This document shows positions 9,578-19,035 of a DNA stretch of 64,000 bases, in pieces; position 1 is the stretch's first letter; each line of letters begins with the position of its first letter. Origin of the DNA: Theionarchaea archaeon (GTDB lineage Archaea; Methanobacteriota_B; Thermococci; Methanofastidiosales; SZ-28-30). Both the position numbers and the translations under genes were made by a program. Under the pieces are notes generated by a model, which saw only the letters and a program-made list of their open reading frames with translations, was not told the DNA's origin and made no database searches. The stretch lies in NCBI GenBank assembly GCA_018992685.1, contig JACVGT010000013.1, positions 32,001 through 96,000 on the forward strand. The letters are read 5' to 3'.

Positions 9578-11986
9578 CTAGTCTTCTTCGCTCTTCACCA
9601 CCGTGACAGCGCTGACCAGATCACTGTTCTCCAGTGTCATGGCGATGACGCCCTGGGTGGCCCTCCCCATCACTCTCATCCCTTTTGCAGGGATTCGGAT
9701 GAGTTTTCCCTGTTGCGATATGATCATTACCCCATCTTCACTGGTAACCGCCCTCATACCTGCGACGTTCCCGGTTCTGGAGGTGACTTTCATACATACC
9801 ACACCTTTCCCGCCTCTGTTCTGAATTGAATACTCAGAGAACTCTGTTCTCTTGGCATATCCTTTCTCCGTGACTGTCAGCACGCTTCCTTCTTCTGGTA
9901 TGGTAACCATTCCAATCACACCATCTCCGCGCCTCAATGTGATCCCTCTTACACCATGTGCGTTCCTTCCCATGGGGCGCACATCCTGCTCGTGGAACCT
10001 GATTGCCTTTCCTTTCTGTGTGGTGATGAACACTTCCTGGGTTCCATCAGTATGAATGACAGTGATCAGTTTGTCATCCCTGAGCTGGATGGCGATGATC
10101 CCACTGGGACGAGGATTGCCGAACTCGCTCAGTGCAATCTTCTTTATCATGCCCTCCCTGGTTGCCATGAGTAGGTATTCATCCTCAGGAAAATCATTCA
10201 CTGAAATGGCAGCAGTCACAGTCTCATCTGCAATCTTCAATAAGTTAATTAGTGGCTTTCCTCTCGCAGTTCGTGAAGACGTGGGAATCTGGTATGCTTT
10301 GGACCAGTACACCTTTCCTTTATCTGTGAAGAAGAGAATGTAGTCATGAGTAGAAACAATGAACAGGTGATCCACAAAATCCTCTTCCTTGGTTTCAATA
10401 CCGATAACGCCCTTTCCACCCCGACGTTGCCTGCGGTACTCGTCGATGGCTGTCCTCTTGATGTATCCGTCCCGGGTAATGGTGATTACCACATCTTCGT
10501 CAGAAATCAGGTCCTCCATGGTGAGGACAGCGCCTTCCTCAACAAGCTCCGATCTCCTCTCGTCTCCATAGTTCTCTTTGAGCTCAAGTAATTCACCCTT
10601 GATAACTTCCAGAATCGTCGCACGGCTAGCCAGAATTCCTTCCAGTCTACGTATCTCGCCTAGCGTTTCTTCCAGATCCCTGCGCAGGTTCTCGCGTTCC
10701 AGACCTACCAGTCGCTGCAATCGCATGTCCAGGATGGCTTTTGCCTGCTTTTCACTCAGGTCAAATCGAGACTGGAGCGCTTCTCTTGCTTCTTCCACCT
10801 TCTCAGATTGCCGTATTATGGTAATGACTTCATCAATATTATCCAGGGCTATGAGCAGTCCTTTCAGGATATGAGCCTTTTCCCTGGCTTTCTTCAGGTC
10901 AAACTCAGTTCTCTTTGTGATAACCTGTACTCGATATTCAATATACTGGTTCAGAATCTCTTTTAGTGAGAGAACTCTGGGTTCCCCTTCCACAAGGGCC
11001 AGCATGATTATGCCAAAGGTGGTTTGCAGCTGGGTGTGTTTAAACAATTGGTTCAGGACAATTTCAGGTGCGAAATCTCTGTGCACTTCAATGAGGATGC
11101 GCATTCCTTCCCGGTCAGACTCATCCCTCAGATCGGATATTCCCTCAATTCTCTTTCCTCTCACCAGAGTTGCTATGTCCTCTATGAGTTTTGACTTATT
11201 AACCTGGTAGGGGATTTCAGTGATCACGATTCGATTAACTCCATTTTTCTCAGATATGTCTGTTCTGGCCCGTAGGGTCAGTTTGCCTTTTCCACTGCGG
11301 TACGCCTTCTCAATACCATATTTTCCATAGATCAATCCTCCTGTAGGAAAATCTGGTGCCCTTATTACCTTCATCAGCCGAGTCATAGACACCTCTGGGT
11401 TGTCCGCCACCATAATCAAGGCATCCACAACTTCGCTCAAGTTATGAGGAGGAATATTCGTTGCCATCCCCACTGCAATTCCTGAGCTTCCATTAACCAG
11501 CAAATTCGGAAGTTTTCCAGGAAGCACAAGAGGCTCTGTTAAACTATCATCAAAATTTGGAACAAACTCCACAGTCTCCTTGTCAATATCTGCCAGAAGT
11601 TCCTGGGCAATGGGTGCCATCTTAACCTCGGTGTAGCGCATGGCAGCAGCAGAATCACCATCTACACTGCCAAAGTTACCCTGCCCGAAAACAAGAGGAT
11701 ACCGCAGGCTGAATTCCTGGACCATCCTGACCAGTGAATCATAGACAGCGGTCTCTCCATGAGGGTGATACTTACCCAAGACCTCTCCTACCACGCGTGC
11801 AGACTTCCGGGTGGGCTTATCTGCAGTGAGGCCCATCCGATCCATTGCATACAAGATTCGTCGGTGAACTGGCTTCAATCCATCCCTGACATCAGGAAGT
11901 GCACGACCCACAATAATTGACATCGCATAATCAATATATGACTCTTTCATCTCTCGTTCTAGGGTCGTTTCAATAACATTGGGCAT
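9578..11986 (-). CDS. gyrA: DNA gyrase subunit A
   Basis: RALPDVRDGLKPVHRR, AAAMRYTE catalytic Tyr, GyrA box QRRGGKG, beta-pinwheel repeats; start at 11986 inferred from TATA spacing. Confidence 0.97.
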   Translation of the reverse strand: MPNVIETTLEREMKESYIDYAMSIIVGRALPDVRDGLKPVHRRILYAMDRMGLTADKPTRKSARVVGEVLGKYHPHGETAVYDSLVRMVQEFSLRYPLVFGQGNFGSVDGDSAAAMRYTEVKMAPIAQELLADIDKETVEFVPNFDDSLTEPLVLPGKLPNLLVNGSSGIAVGMATNIPPHNLSEVVDALIMVADNPEVSMTRLMKVIRAPDFPTGGLIYGKYGIEKAYRSGKGKLTLRARTDISEKNGVNRIVITEIPYQVNKSKLIEDIATLVRGKRIEGISDLRDESDREGMRILIEVHRDFAPEIVLNQLFKHTQLQTTFGIIMLALVEGEPRVLSLKEILNQYIEYRVQVITKRTEFDLKKAREKAHILKGLLIALDNIDEVITIIRQSEKVEEAREALQSRFDLSEKQAKAILDMRLQRLVGLERENLRRDLEETLGEIRRLEGILASRATILEVIKGELLELKENYGDERRSELVEEGAVLTMEDLISDEDVVITITRDGYIKRTAIDEYRRQRRGGKGVIGIETKEEDFVDHLFIVSTHDYILFFTDKGKVYWSKAYQIPTSSRTARGKPLINLLKIADETVTAAISVNDFPEDEYLLMATREGMIKKIALSEFGNPRPSGIIAIQLRDDKLITVIHTDGTQEVFITTQKGKAIRFHEQDVRPMGRNAHGVRGITLRRGDGVIGMVTIPEEGSVLTVTEKGYAKRTEFSEYSIQNRGGKGVVCMKVTSRTGNVAGMRAVTSEDGVMIISQQGKLIRIPAKGMRVMGRATQGVIAMTLENSDLVSAVTVVKSEED

Positions 11987-12157
11987 GAAATCCCATGCTT
12001 TTGTTACCATTTAAAGCTTTTCAGAATGTTGGCACCCTCTCATCTGGCGCCCTGAGTTATGAGATATACAAATCTGAATAACAACGATGGCTGGAGACCT
12101 TCATAGACGTAGGAGATTTCACTCCGTGACATGGTGCATTGCATTGGTACCACACGT

Positions 12158-12180
12158 AAAAAAGAAGGGGGTTACCCCCT
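12158..12180 (-). terminator. Hairpin plus U-tract terminator of the 81-aa ORF
   Basis: AGGGGG-TAA-CCCCCT followed by TCTTTTTT immediately after the stop codon. Confidence 0.65.
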
Positions 12181-12182
12181 CT

Positions 12183-12428
12183 TCATGGAAAGCCTGCTCC
12201 TATCATTCGATCATCTCTGTCCTTGAGTCTCTGGTACTCTTTCCACTGTGATTCCGTGATGATGTACAGTTCTCTCTTGTCGTAGGTAGGCTTGATTATC
12301 TTTACCAGCCCTTTGTTGATGTACTCTGCCACAACGTACTCCTTTATTTGTTCCAGATACTTCACTTCGCCTCTCAAAATGCAGGCAAAGTTGAATAGTT
12401 CTGAAAGATACTCCTTTTGGTCTTCCAT
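12183..12428 (-). CDS. Small hypothetical protein (81 aa)
   Basis: GGGTGA SD, upstream TTTATAAA, own terminator. Confidence 0.7.
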   Translation of the reverse strand: MEDQKEYLSELFNFACILRGEVKYLEQIKEYVVAEYINKGLVKIIKPTYDKRELYIITESQWKEYQRLKDRDDRMIGAGFP

Positions 12429-12602
12429 CTTGTTTCACCCCGTTGTTCCAATGAAAAGGAATTGGGACTATCGTCAGTATTTGTCCGTGTTTATAAATGT
12501 TCCGTTTTATCTCTCAAAATATGCATCGTATGTATAGAAAAGGACATCAGTTGCATCATAGTGGAAAGAAAACGAGATTGTAGGTAAACTACCATTCAAA
12601 TC

Positions 12603-13274
12603 CTACAGCCCACACGGCGAAGTAAGCAAGGTCTCAATGTATTGATGAGCTTCCTCAAGTGAGGACACATGCGGGTTGTACTGACCGTATTCTCCCTCTA
12701 CCAACAGGGTAGGAAGTCCCAGAGCTCTTGCTCCTTCCAGGTCCACTTGAGGTTTGTCACCCACCATGAGAACAGTCGCAGGTGGGAAATTGAGTTTTTT
12801 CAGTACAAAAGAGTAGGGTTCGGGAGAGGGTTTGCACTGTTCCGTATCCTCACCTGCAACTACTATCAGATCAAAATAGTGGAGCAAGGGGAGAGAATTG
12901 ATTCTCCTCTTCTTGGAATGGCTCTCACCATCATAATCAGTGAGCAGAACCAGCTTAACCTGGGACTTCAAAGAAGCAAGGAGAGATTCTGCATACGGTT
13001 TTATGAAGGTAGTGGAGGTGACGGAGTCCCAGTAGAGGTCAGTCAGGTGCTGTTTTTGTGACGATGTAAGATCAATATCAAATTCTTCCCACCACTGGTT
13101 GCGATCATAAACACCCTCAACATTGAACCTGTAGTGAATCTCCTCCATTCTGCGAACGGTTTCCTCATGTCCGGCACCGCAGGCAACCAGCTGATCACAC
13201 ACTCTCCTCTTGGCCATTCCCAGGTCGCAGTCTGTGAGAGTCCCATCCAGGTCAAAAATCACTGCCTTAAGCAT
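12603..13274 (-). CDS. HAD-superfamily hydrolase
   Basis: IFDLDGTL, KPSP, MVGD...D motifs. Confidence 0.9.
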   Translation of the reverse strand: MLKAVIFDLDGTLTDCDLGMAKRRVCDQLVACGAGHEETVRRMEEIHYRFNVEGVYDRNQWWEEFDIDLTSSQKQHLTDLYWDSVTSTTFIKPYAESLLASLKSQVKLVLLTDYDGESHSKKRRINSLPLLHYFDLIVVAGEDTEQCKPSPEPYSFVLKKLNFPPATVLMVGDKPQVDLEGARALGLPTLLVEGEYGQYNPHVSSLEEAHQYIETLLTSPCGL

Positions 13275-13288
13275 AATCTCACGAAAGA

Positions 13289-13516
13289 CTACATTCTGTG
13301 CATTCTCTTTTCAAGTTTATCTTTTTCCGACTCTTCCTCTTTCATTTGCCAGCATATTACGCCATTTTTTTCAATGCTTTCGATCTTCCCTTCTTCTGCC
13401 AGCCTCAGCAAATTTTTCCTGACTTCAAACACCTTGGTTCCAGTTTTCTCTGCGACCTCCGCTGTAGAAAGAGCGGAATCTGCTTGTTCCAAGATCTGCT
13501 CAATTTTTTGATACAT
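13289..13516 (-). CDS. Small winged-helix protein
   Basis: LSTAEVAEKTG...VRKNLLRLAEEGKI wHTH pattern; abuts the upstream gene. Confidence 0.75.
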   Translation of the reverse strand: MYQKIEQILEQADSALSTAEVAEKTGTKVFEVRKNLLRLAEEGKIESIEKNGVICWQMKEEESEKDKLEKRMHRM

Positions 13517-13780
13517 CTAAATCAACTCCTTGATAAAGTGAAGGCACTTCAGAATGTGTTCAATCTCATTTAAGTCTTTGGTTTCACTCAACCGTGTCAG
13601 GAGTTCTGCTCTTTTCAGATGGAGGGCGGCATCAGTTGCCAGCTGAGAGGATTCCTCTTCTTCCTCAGTACAATTGGCACAGATTATCTTCCCATCCTTT
13701 TCAAATAGTGGGTAGCCGCACTTCTCGCAGTGCCTCGACGTCATCCTTGCTCCGCTTAAAAGTAATCGCGAAATATCCAT
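13517..13780 (-). CDS. UPF0148 / autoantigen-p27-like Zn-ribbon protein
   Basis: LLLSGARMTSRHCEKCGYPLF...ICANC; start re-assigned to ATG 13780. Confidence 0.85.
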   Translation of the reverse strand: MDISRLLLSGARMTSRHCEKCGYPLFEKDGKIICANCTEEEEESSQLATDAALHLKRAELLTRLSETKDLNEIEHILKCLHFIKELI

Positions 13781-13973
13781 ATACTGGATAGAGGATAGCT
13801 CGTTTAAAAGACTATCTAGAACAGGATCATTTTGAGTTTGATGAATCAAAGAAGTGAAGAAAGAAAAACAAAAGCGTGAGTAAGAGAATCTTACCCAGGC
13901 TCGAAATCGCCAGTGATGAGCTCCGGGATGGCCGGACGGAACTAATCACTATGGCTGTAGCATCAGGTGCTGT

Positions 13974-14159
13974 TCACACCTTTAATGCGCGCGTTTTCTG
14001 CAGCATGGTGGATCCAGAGCCTGTGGTAGTCTGACAGGTATCATCCTTCTGCTTGCAGTTCTTAATGCTCTGGGCGAGTCTCCAGTTCTCTGCCTCTTTC
14101 TGGAGTTCCTGCATTTTTTGCTTTCCAATTTCATACGAGATCATCAGGAATTCATTCAT
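13974..14159 (-). CDS. Small helical hypothetical protein (61 aa)
   Basis: GGAGGTG SD; BRE/TATA GAAAAGTTTATAAG at 14239-14252; structured 3' region. Confidence 0.65.
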   Translation of the reverse strand: MNEFLMISYEIGKQKMQELQKEAENWRLAQSIKNCKQKDDTCQTTTGSGSTMLQKTRALKV

Positions 14160-14185
14160 ATTCTCACACCTCCTGAGATTTTTAT

Positions 14186-14213
14186 CATGATGAGTTTATA
14201 TTAACACATCATG
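14186..14213. promoter_or_regulatory. Palindromic operator candidate (11-bp arms)
   Basis: CATGATGAGTT-N6-AACACATCATG; related half-site repeated at 14352-14376. Confidence 0.6.
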
Positions 14214-14460
14214 CTAATAATAACTGGCTGTGTTCATGCTTATAAACTTTTCTGTTGTCATATGTAAAAGGCACTTTTGTTTCATTCTACAGTCGTTCTC
14301 AAGTAAAAAGAAGATGATTATGTTCAAAAAAAAAGGTATCATGTCATCATAATATAAACACATCATGTTATTATTATCTCTGTAGGCTCATAACAGATTC
14401 ATATGTTTATAACATCTTTCAATGCAAACATTTATATACTGTTCAATCGAAAGTAGTATT

Positions 14461-15054
14461 ATGAAAAAACAGGAAATGGTCAAGGTTGTCAAAGACCCAA
14501 AGATCACTGATCTACTCAGTAATCCCAACATGCACCGCATTCTCAATATAATGAGACAAGGGGAGCTCAACGTGAAAGAAATCCACACATTGTTCAACAA
14601 GGACTACGAAGATAAGAAAACCCTGACATCAATATACCGATACATGGACACGCTTCTGGAAAACGATCTGGTGTTTGTGAGCAGAGAAGAACTGAAAAGG
14701 GGCCACTTGATGGAGCGAAATTATTCCAGAACAGCAATGTTCTTCCTTTTCGAGGAGACTTCTGACGAAGATCTTATTGATGCAACGTCCAGACTCTTCC
14801 AAAAGATCTACCACATTGATGACAAGAACGCAGAAGAGTTGAAGGCATTGATACAGGAAAGCGAAAAGAGCATGACCGAGCAATCGCATGGATTCTATGA
14901 GGTCCATGGGAAAGAGGTGTTGGACCTAGAAAAGGCGCACGGATTCAAGGCAGCGCGGGCAGCGACCAAAATACTGGTAGAATTCATCTTCTTCATCGAA
15001 AACCCCGAAATGATCAAAAAGATCCGTGAAATAGTGAAGAAAAGTTCTGACTAG
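14461..15054 (+). CDS. ArsR-like winged-helix transcriptional regulator
   Basis: RILNIMRQGELNVKEI...SIYRYMDTLLENDLV...ERNYSRTA. Confidence 0.8.
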   Translation: MKKQEMVKVVKDPKITDLLSNPNMHRILNIMRQGELNVKEIHTLFNKDYEDKKTLTSIYRYMDTLLENDLVFVSREELKRGHLMERNYSRTAMFFLFEETSDEDLIDATSRLFQKIYHIDDKNAEELKALIQESEKSMTEQSHGFYEVHGKEVLDLEKAHGFKAARAATKILVEFIFFIENPEMIKKIREIVKKSSD

Positions 15055-15093
15055 CGTTGTTGGTTCAGAGAAACTCTAGCCGGGAAGGATAGG

Positions 15094-15618
15094 TCATTTA
15101 TGGGATACTATCCTGGGTTCTTTCCACTCTTCCCGCAGAATGCTGTACATGACGCCGTCGTGCCATCTTCCTTTGTTAAATACAGACTTTCTAATTACTC
15201 CTTCTTTAGTAAATCCCGCTTTCTCCAGCACTTTCTGAGAAGCTGCATTTTCAGGGCTTGCTTCTGCCTGGACTCTCACTATGTCTTTTGAGAGGAACAG
15301 GAAATCCACTAGTATCTTGACAGCCTCAGTGCAGTAGCCTTTCCCCCGTTCTTGGGGAGAAACGCAATATCCGACAGAAAAATGAGGGCCCTGCGGGGTG
15401 CACATGATCTGACCAATCTTGGTTCCATCCTTTTTTTCAATGATGAACCATCTTTCATCGGAGCTTAATCCCTCGTACCACTTCTCCATGTCACGAAGGG
15501 AATTCTGTTCTAGAGGCTCAAACTCGCCGCCGAATTGTGGATCATTACTCCATGTGGCAGCCAGCGGCAAATCCTCTTTTTCCAGGATTCGTAGGTTGAC
15601 AGTGACACCTTTTAACAT
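15094..15618 (-). CDS. RimJ/RimL-type GNAT acetyltransferase
   Basis: RGKGYCTEA, ENAASQKVLEKAGF.KEG, YSILREEW. Confidence 0.9.
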   Translation of the reverse strand: MLKGVTVNLRILEKEDLPLAATWSNDPQFGGEFEPLEQNSLRDMEKWYEGLSSDERWFIIEKKDGTKIGQIMCTPQGPHFSVGYCVSPQERGKGYCTEAVKILVDFLFLSKDIVRVQAEASPENAASQKVLEKAGFTKEGVIRKSVFNKGRWHDGVMYSILREEWKEPRIVSHK

Positions 15619-15846
15619 TCTATCACCGTATCGTATGCATGATACCTTGCTCAGCTTATAAAATCTTTGATGTGTTCGGGGGAATAGGGTCTACCTTCTT
15701 GATCTAAGCTGTTGCAGGCTGAGGCTCACATTCCACAGCCAACCCACACTGACACGCAACGTGACCCAGGATACTCTTTCAACAGTTCCGAGTGGTCAGT
15801 GAGAAATTCATGAATAGAGTTATAATGGGTGATCATATTACAACAT

Positions 15847-16941
15847 ATGAGAATCACGCCATCCCTGGACTGTCGCAGACAGGGGGTCGCATTCCTTCTG
15901 GTCGGTTGTTTGTCCATGTTATATGCTGAATTGTTTTCAGGGGCGTCCAGCTTGTGGTTTCTTGATGCATGGTCGATCCTGGTTACCTTTCCCTTGTACA
16001 TGGTTCATGTCATCTTCTTTCTTAATATGGCTCTGCGGACTGCCAGGACATCGCCTGTCCACCTGTATCTGTGGGGCATGCTGTTCGCAATGTATGAATC
16101 CTGGATCACCCAGGTTTTGTGGGTGGGCTACACTGTCAACCAGCCACTTTTCGGAACACTTGGCGGAATTGCTATAGGCGAATTTCTTGGCTTGGTTTTG
16201 TTTTGGCACCCTGTCATGTCCTTTGTTGTACCTTTGATAATCTTTGAAGTGCTGGTCCTCTCTATAAGTATAGATAACCCAGAAAACAGAATATTGCCCA
16301 GTCACGTGCCCTTGTTGATTGCAACTCCCAGAAACAGGAAGATACTTGGCTTTCTATACATCCTAGGCTCAATATTCATGACAATAAGTTATCAAGGGAA
16401 TATTCTCCTGGGATTGGCAGTACTGGGAGGCACGTACGGAATAATATATGGGTTGTACAGAAAGGCCATCGCGTACCAGGTCACGATACACTCATTGCGT
16501 GTGGGAAAGAGAGGGTTCGCGTTTGCTCTAGGTTACCTGCTGTTATTATATACAGCTATGTTTTTCGGGTATGGATACCAGCATGGAAGAATCTCTGGTC
16601 CTCTTCCCATTGCAACCACTGTTTTTTTGTACATTGTTTTCATGTGGCTGATACTCTCTTCTCGCCCCGCTGAGGAATCTGTTGAAATACCTTCTTCCCT
16701 TATCGGACGAAGAATATCATCACGTATGTTAAGAACTGCTATTATCCTTCAACTGATCCTCATCTGTGGATTGGGCATCGTATACTCTGCAGTTCCGTTT
16801 GTTGCCCAAGGAGCCTTCCTCATCTTGTATGTTCTTATCTGTGGAGTAGGAATATACCTTTTCATGAAAGCCATTCGCCTGAGAAACAGCCAGACAGAGA
16901 ATTTTCTGAAACACACATTAACTCAGTTGTCTGAATCCTGA
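15847..16941 (+). CDS. Multi-pass membrane hypothetical protein
   Basis: About 10 hydrophobic segments; start uncertain. Confidence 0.7.
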   Translation: MRITPSLDCRRQGVAFLLVGCLSMLYAELFSGASSLWFLDAWSILVTFPLYMVHVIFFLNMALRTARTSPVHLYLWGMLFAMYESWITQVLWVGYTVNQPLFGTLGGIAIGEFLGLVLFWHPVMSFVVPLIIFEVLVLSISIDNPENRILPSHVPLLIATPRNRKILGFLYILGSIFMTISYQGNILLGLAVLGGTYGIIYGLYRKAIAYQVTIHSLRVGKRGFAFALGYLLLLYTAMFFGYGYQHGRISGPLPIATTVFLYIVFMWLILSSRPAEESVEIPSSLIGRRISSRMLRTAIILQLILICGLGIVYSAVPFVAQGAFLILYVLICGVGIYLFMKAIRLRNSQTENFLKHTLTQLSES

Positions 16942-17137
16942 GTTCTGAATTAGGAAGATGGTAATCTAGAAAGCTTTCGTCAATCTTTGTTACTTTCTTT
17001 GATCATTCAGGAAAAGAAGCAGCTCTTGACTCCACTAACCCATGAGTGTCAATGTTCTCACACTGAGTGTCCTCTGACTACTTGTACTGCGCACCATAGA
17101 AGGATTTAAAAGGATGATTTGTCATAACCCAAACTCC

Positions 17138-18046
17138 ATGAAAGAGACTGTGATAGAAACTGTAAAGGGCTACACTGATCTTACCAGGATACACTTCTGG
17201 TTTGTATGGCCTCTATTATTCTGCTCTGGGCTGATGCTGGCATTCAAAGTCTATGGTAGCTTCACCTGGGGATTGACCGCAAAAGTCGCACTCATTGGTC
17301 TTCTGGGATTTGAAGCAGGATTTGTGCTGAATGATTATGTGGACAGAGATACAGACAAAAAGGACATCGAAAATAGTCTAACCAGGTACTGGAGACCTTT
17401 TAAGGAAAGACCGATACCCTCGGGGATAGTCTCCCCCAAGAGAGCTATTCAAACATTTTTCGTATTTGTAGCTGGGGCAAGTTTGCTGGCAATTACGCTT
17501 CCTTATCCTCATAATGTGTATGTTCTTGCTGCTGGAGGGTACTGCTACGCCATGGAATACTTCTACCAGATAAAAAAGAAGAATCAGACATTCCCCGTAG
17601 CCCAACTATTGGGAAGGACGGATTTTGTACTATTTCCTGTTGCAGGTTACCTGTGCTATGGTCATCCTGACAAATATGCTCTCCTGTTCTTTGCTTTCTT
17701 CTACCCTCTGGCTCTTGCCCACTTGGGCGTGAATGATATTGCAGACACGATAAATGATCAGGCCAAAGGTCTGAAGACGATCCCCGTCCTTTATGGCGCA
17801 AAAGGGACTGCATACTGGGTTCTGGGGTTCACAATATTACATGTGTCGATTGCGCCCTTCTTCCTGAGAGAAGTGGGAAACATTGCCCTGGCCAGCCTGG
17901 GAATAACCTCGGTGCTTCTGGGGATTGTCAATTACAGCGTATTGAAAGAAAAGAGTCCTCAAGCAGGGTTACGGGTTCTGCCCCTGATTCATATGACCAT
18001 GCTCATATATGGTATTTCTATTATCGCCAGCTATGCTTTTTCTTGA
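17138..18046 (+). CDS. UbiA-family prenyltransferase
   Basis: NDYVDRDTD, RPIPSG, NDIAD.IND...G.KTIPV motifs; multiple TM segments. Confidence 0.88.
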   Translation: MKETVIETVKGYTDLTRIHFWFVWPLLFCSGLMLAFKVYGSFTWGLTAKVALIGLLGFEAGFVLNDYVDRDTDKKDIENSLTRYWRPFKERPIPSGIVSPKRAIQTFFVFVAGASLLAITLPYPHNVYVLAAGGYCYAMEYFYQIKKKNQTFPVAQLLGRTDFVLFPVAGYLCYGHPDKYALLFFAFFYPLALAHLGVNDIADTINDQAKGLKTIPVLYGAKGTAYWVLGFTILHVSIAPFFLREVGNIALASLGITSVLLGIVNYSVLKEKSPQAGLRVLPLIHMTMLIYGISIIASYAFS

Positions 18047-18148
18047 TCATGATTTCGTGGGCAAAATGTAAAGACTCGAGAGAGCACAGGAAAAATAACC
18101 TTATTCTGGGGATTCATTCTTAAGTCTTGTCTCTGAAGAACTGCCAAG

Positions 18149-18961
18149 GTGAACATCTTGATTTATGAACTGCGCGACAGCATGAGAATCCTTCCTCTGG
18201 CTGAAGCTCCACAGTTAGCGCTAGTCATGTCTTCAATTGGAGAAGGGAACACTCCAAATAGAATCTGGGTTGATGACCCTGACACCCCGAAAAGTGCCTT
18301 CGTTTGGGATACCACACACTGCTTGTACTTTCTGGGAAATCCAGGCGAACCCTTCCGAGAAGAACTTGAGAAAAAATTGGCCAGTGAAATTATTCCAGCT
18401 GCTGCAAGAAAGAAAATCTATGTCTTCAAGATCCACTTTACCCCTCATTGGGAAAAAAACCTCCCTGGAATTTTTGCATCCTTCGAAAAAAGGAAGCGGC
18501 AGCTCTATGCTTATATTGCGCCTTCTGTCGAGGTAAAATCACCGCCCAGAGGGTTTACAATCCAGAAAATCAACAAGGAATTTCTGGAATCCCCTCTCAA
18601 AAACAAGCTGGACCTTGTTGAAGAGATCGAATCATGCTGGAAATCTGTTGCAGATTTTCTGGATAATGGATGGGGATTCTGCATCACACATGAGGAAAGA
18701 ATTGTGTGCCGGTGCACAGCAGAATATGTCAGCCAAGGGGCATGCGGCATTGGCATAGAAACAGGAGAAGAATACAAACGAATGGGATGTGCTACAGCTG
18801 CTGCATCTGCTTTGGTGGATTGCTGCCTGTCACGAGGGATTACTCCTCACTGGGATAGCTGGGAGGATAACATCCCCTCTATTAGGACAGCCCAGAAAGT
18901 CGGGTTTGTAAAAATGTCTGATTTTTCTGTGTACTTTGGCAATCTCAATCTCGTAGAATAA
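18149..18961 (+). CDS. GNAT-family acetyltransferase
   Basis: IGIET.EEYKRMGCA, PHWD...NIPS.RTA.KVGF. Confidence 0.82.
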   Translation: MNILIYELRDSMRILPLAEAPQLALVMSSIGEGNTPNRIWVDDPDTPKSAFVWDTTHCLYFLGNPGEPFREELEKKLASEIIPAAARKKIYVFKIHFTPHWEKNLPGIFASFEKRKRQLYAYIAPSVEVKSPPRGFTIQKINKEFLESPLKNKLDLVEEIESCWKSVADFLDNGWGFCITHEERIVCRCTAEYVSQGACGIGIETGEEYKRMGCATAAASALVDCCLSRGITPHWDSWEDNIPSIRTAQKVGFVKMSDFSVYFGNLNLVE

Positions 18962-19035
18962 CGTAAGTAGCTAGCACTTTATGCAGAAGGGGAAAAAGAG
19001 AAGAGAATGGGAAAGAAAATGGGAAAGAAAAGAAG

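Noticed and set aside
13912-13970. Box C/D sRNA (GTGATGA)
   Set aside because: No appropriately placed CTGA box D; better explained by a minus-strand hairpin.
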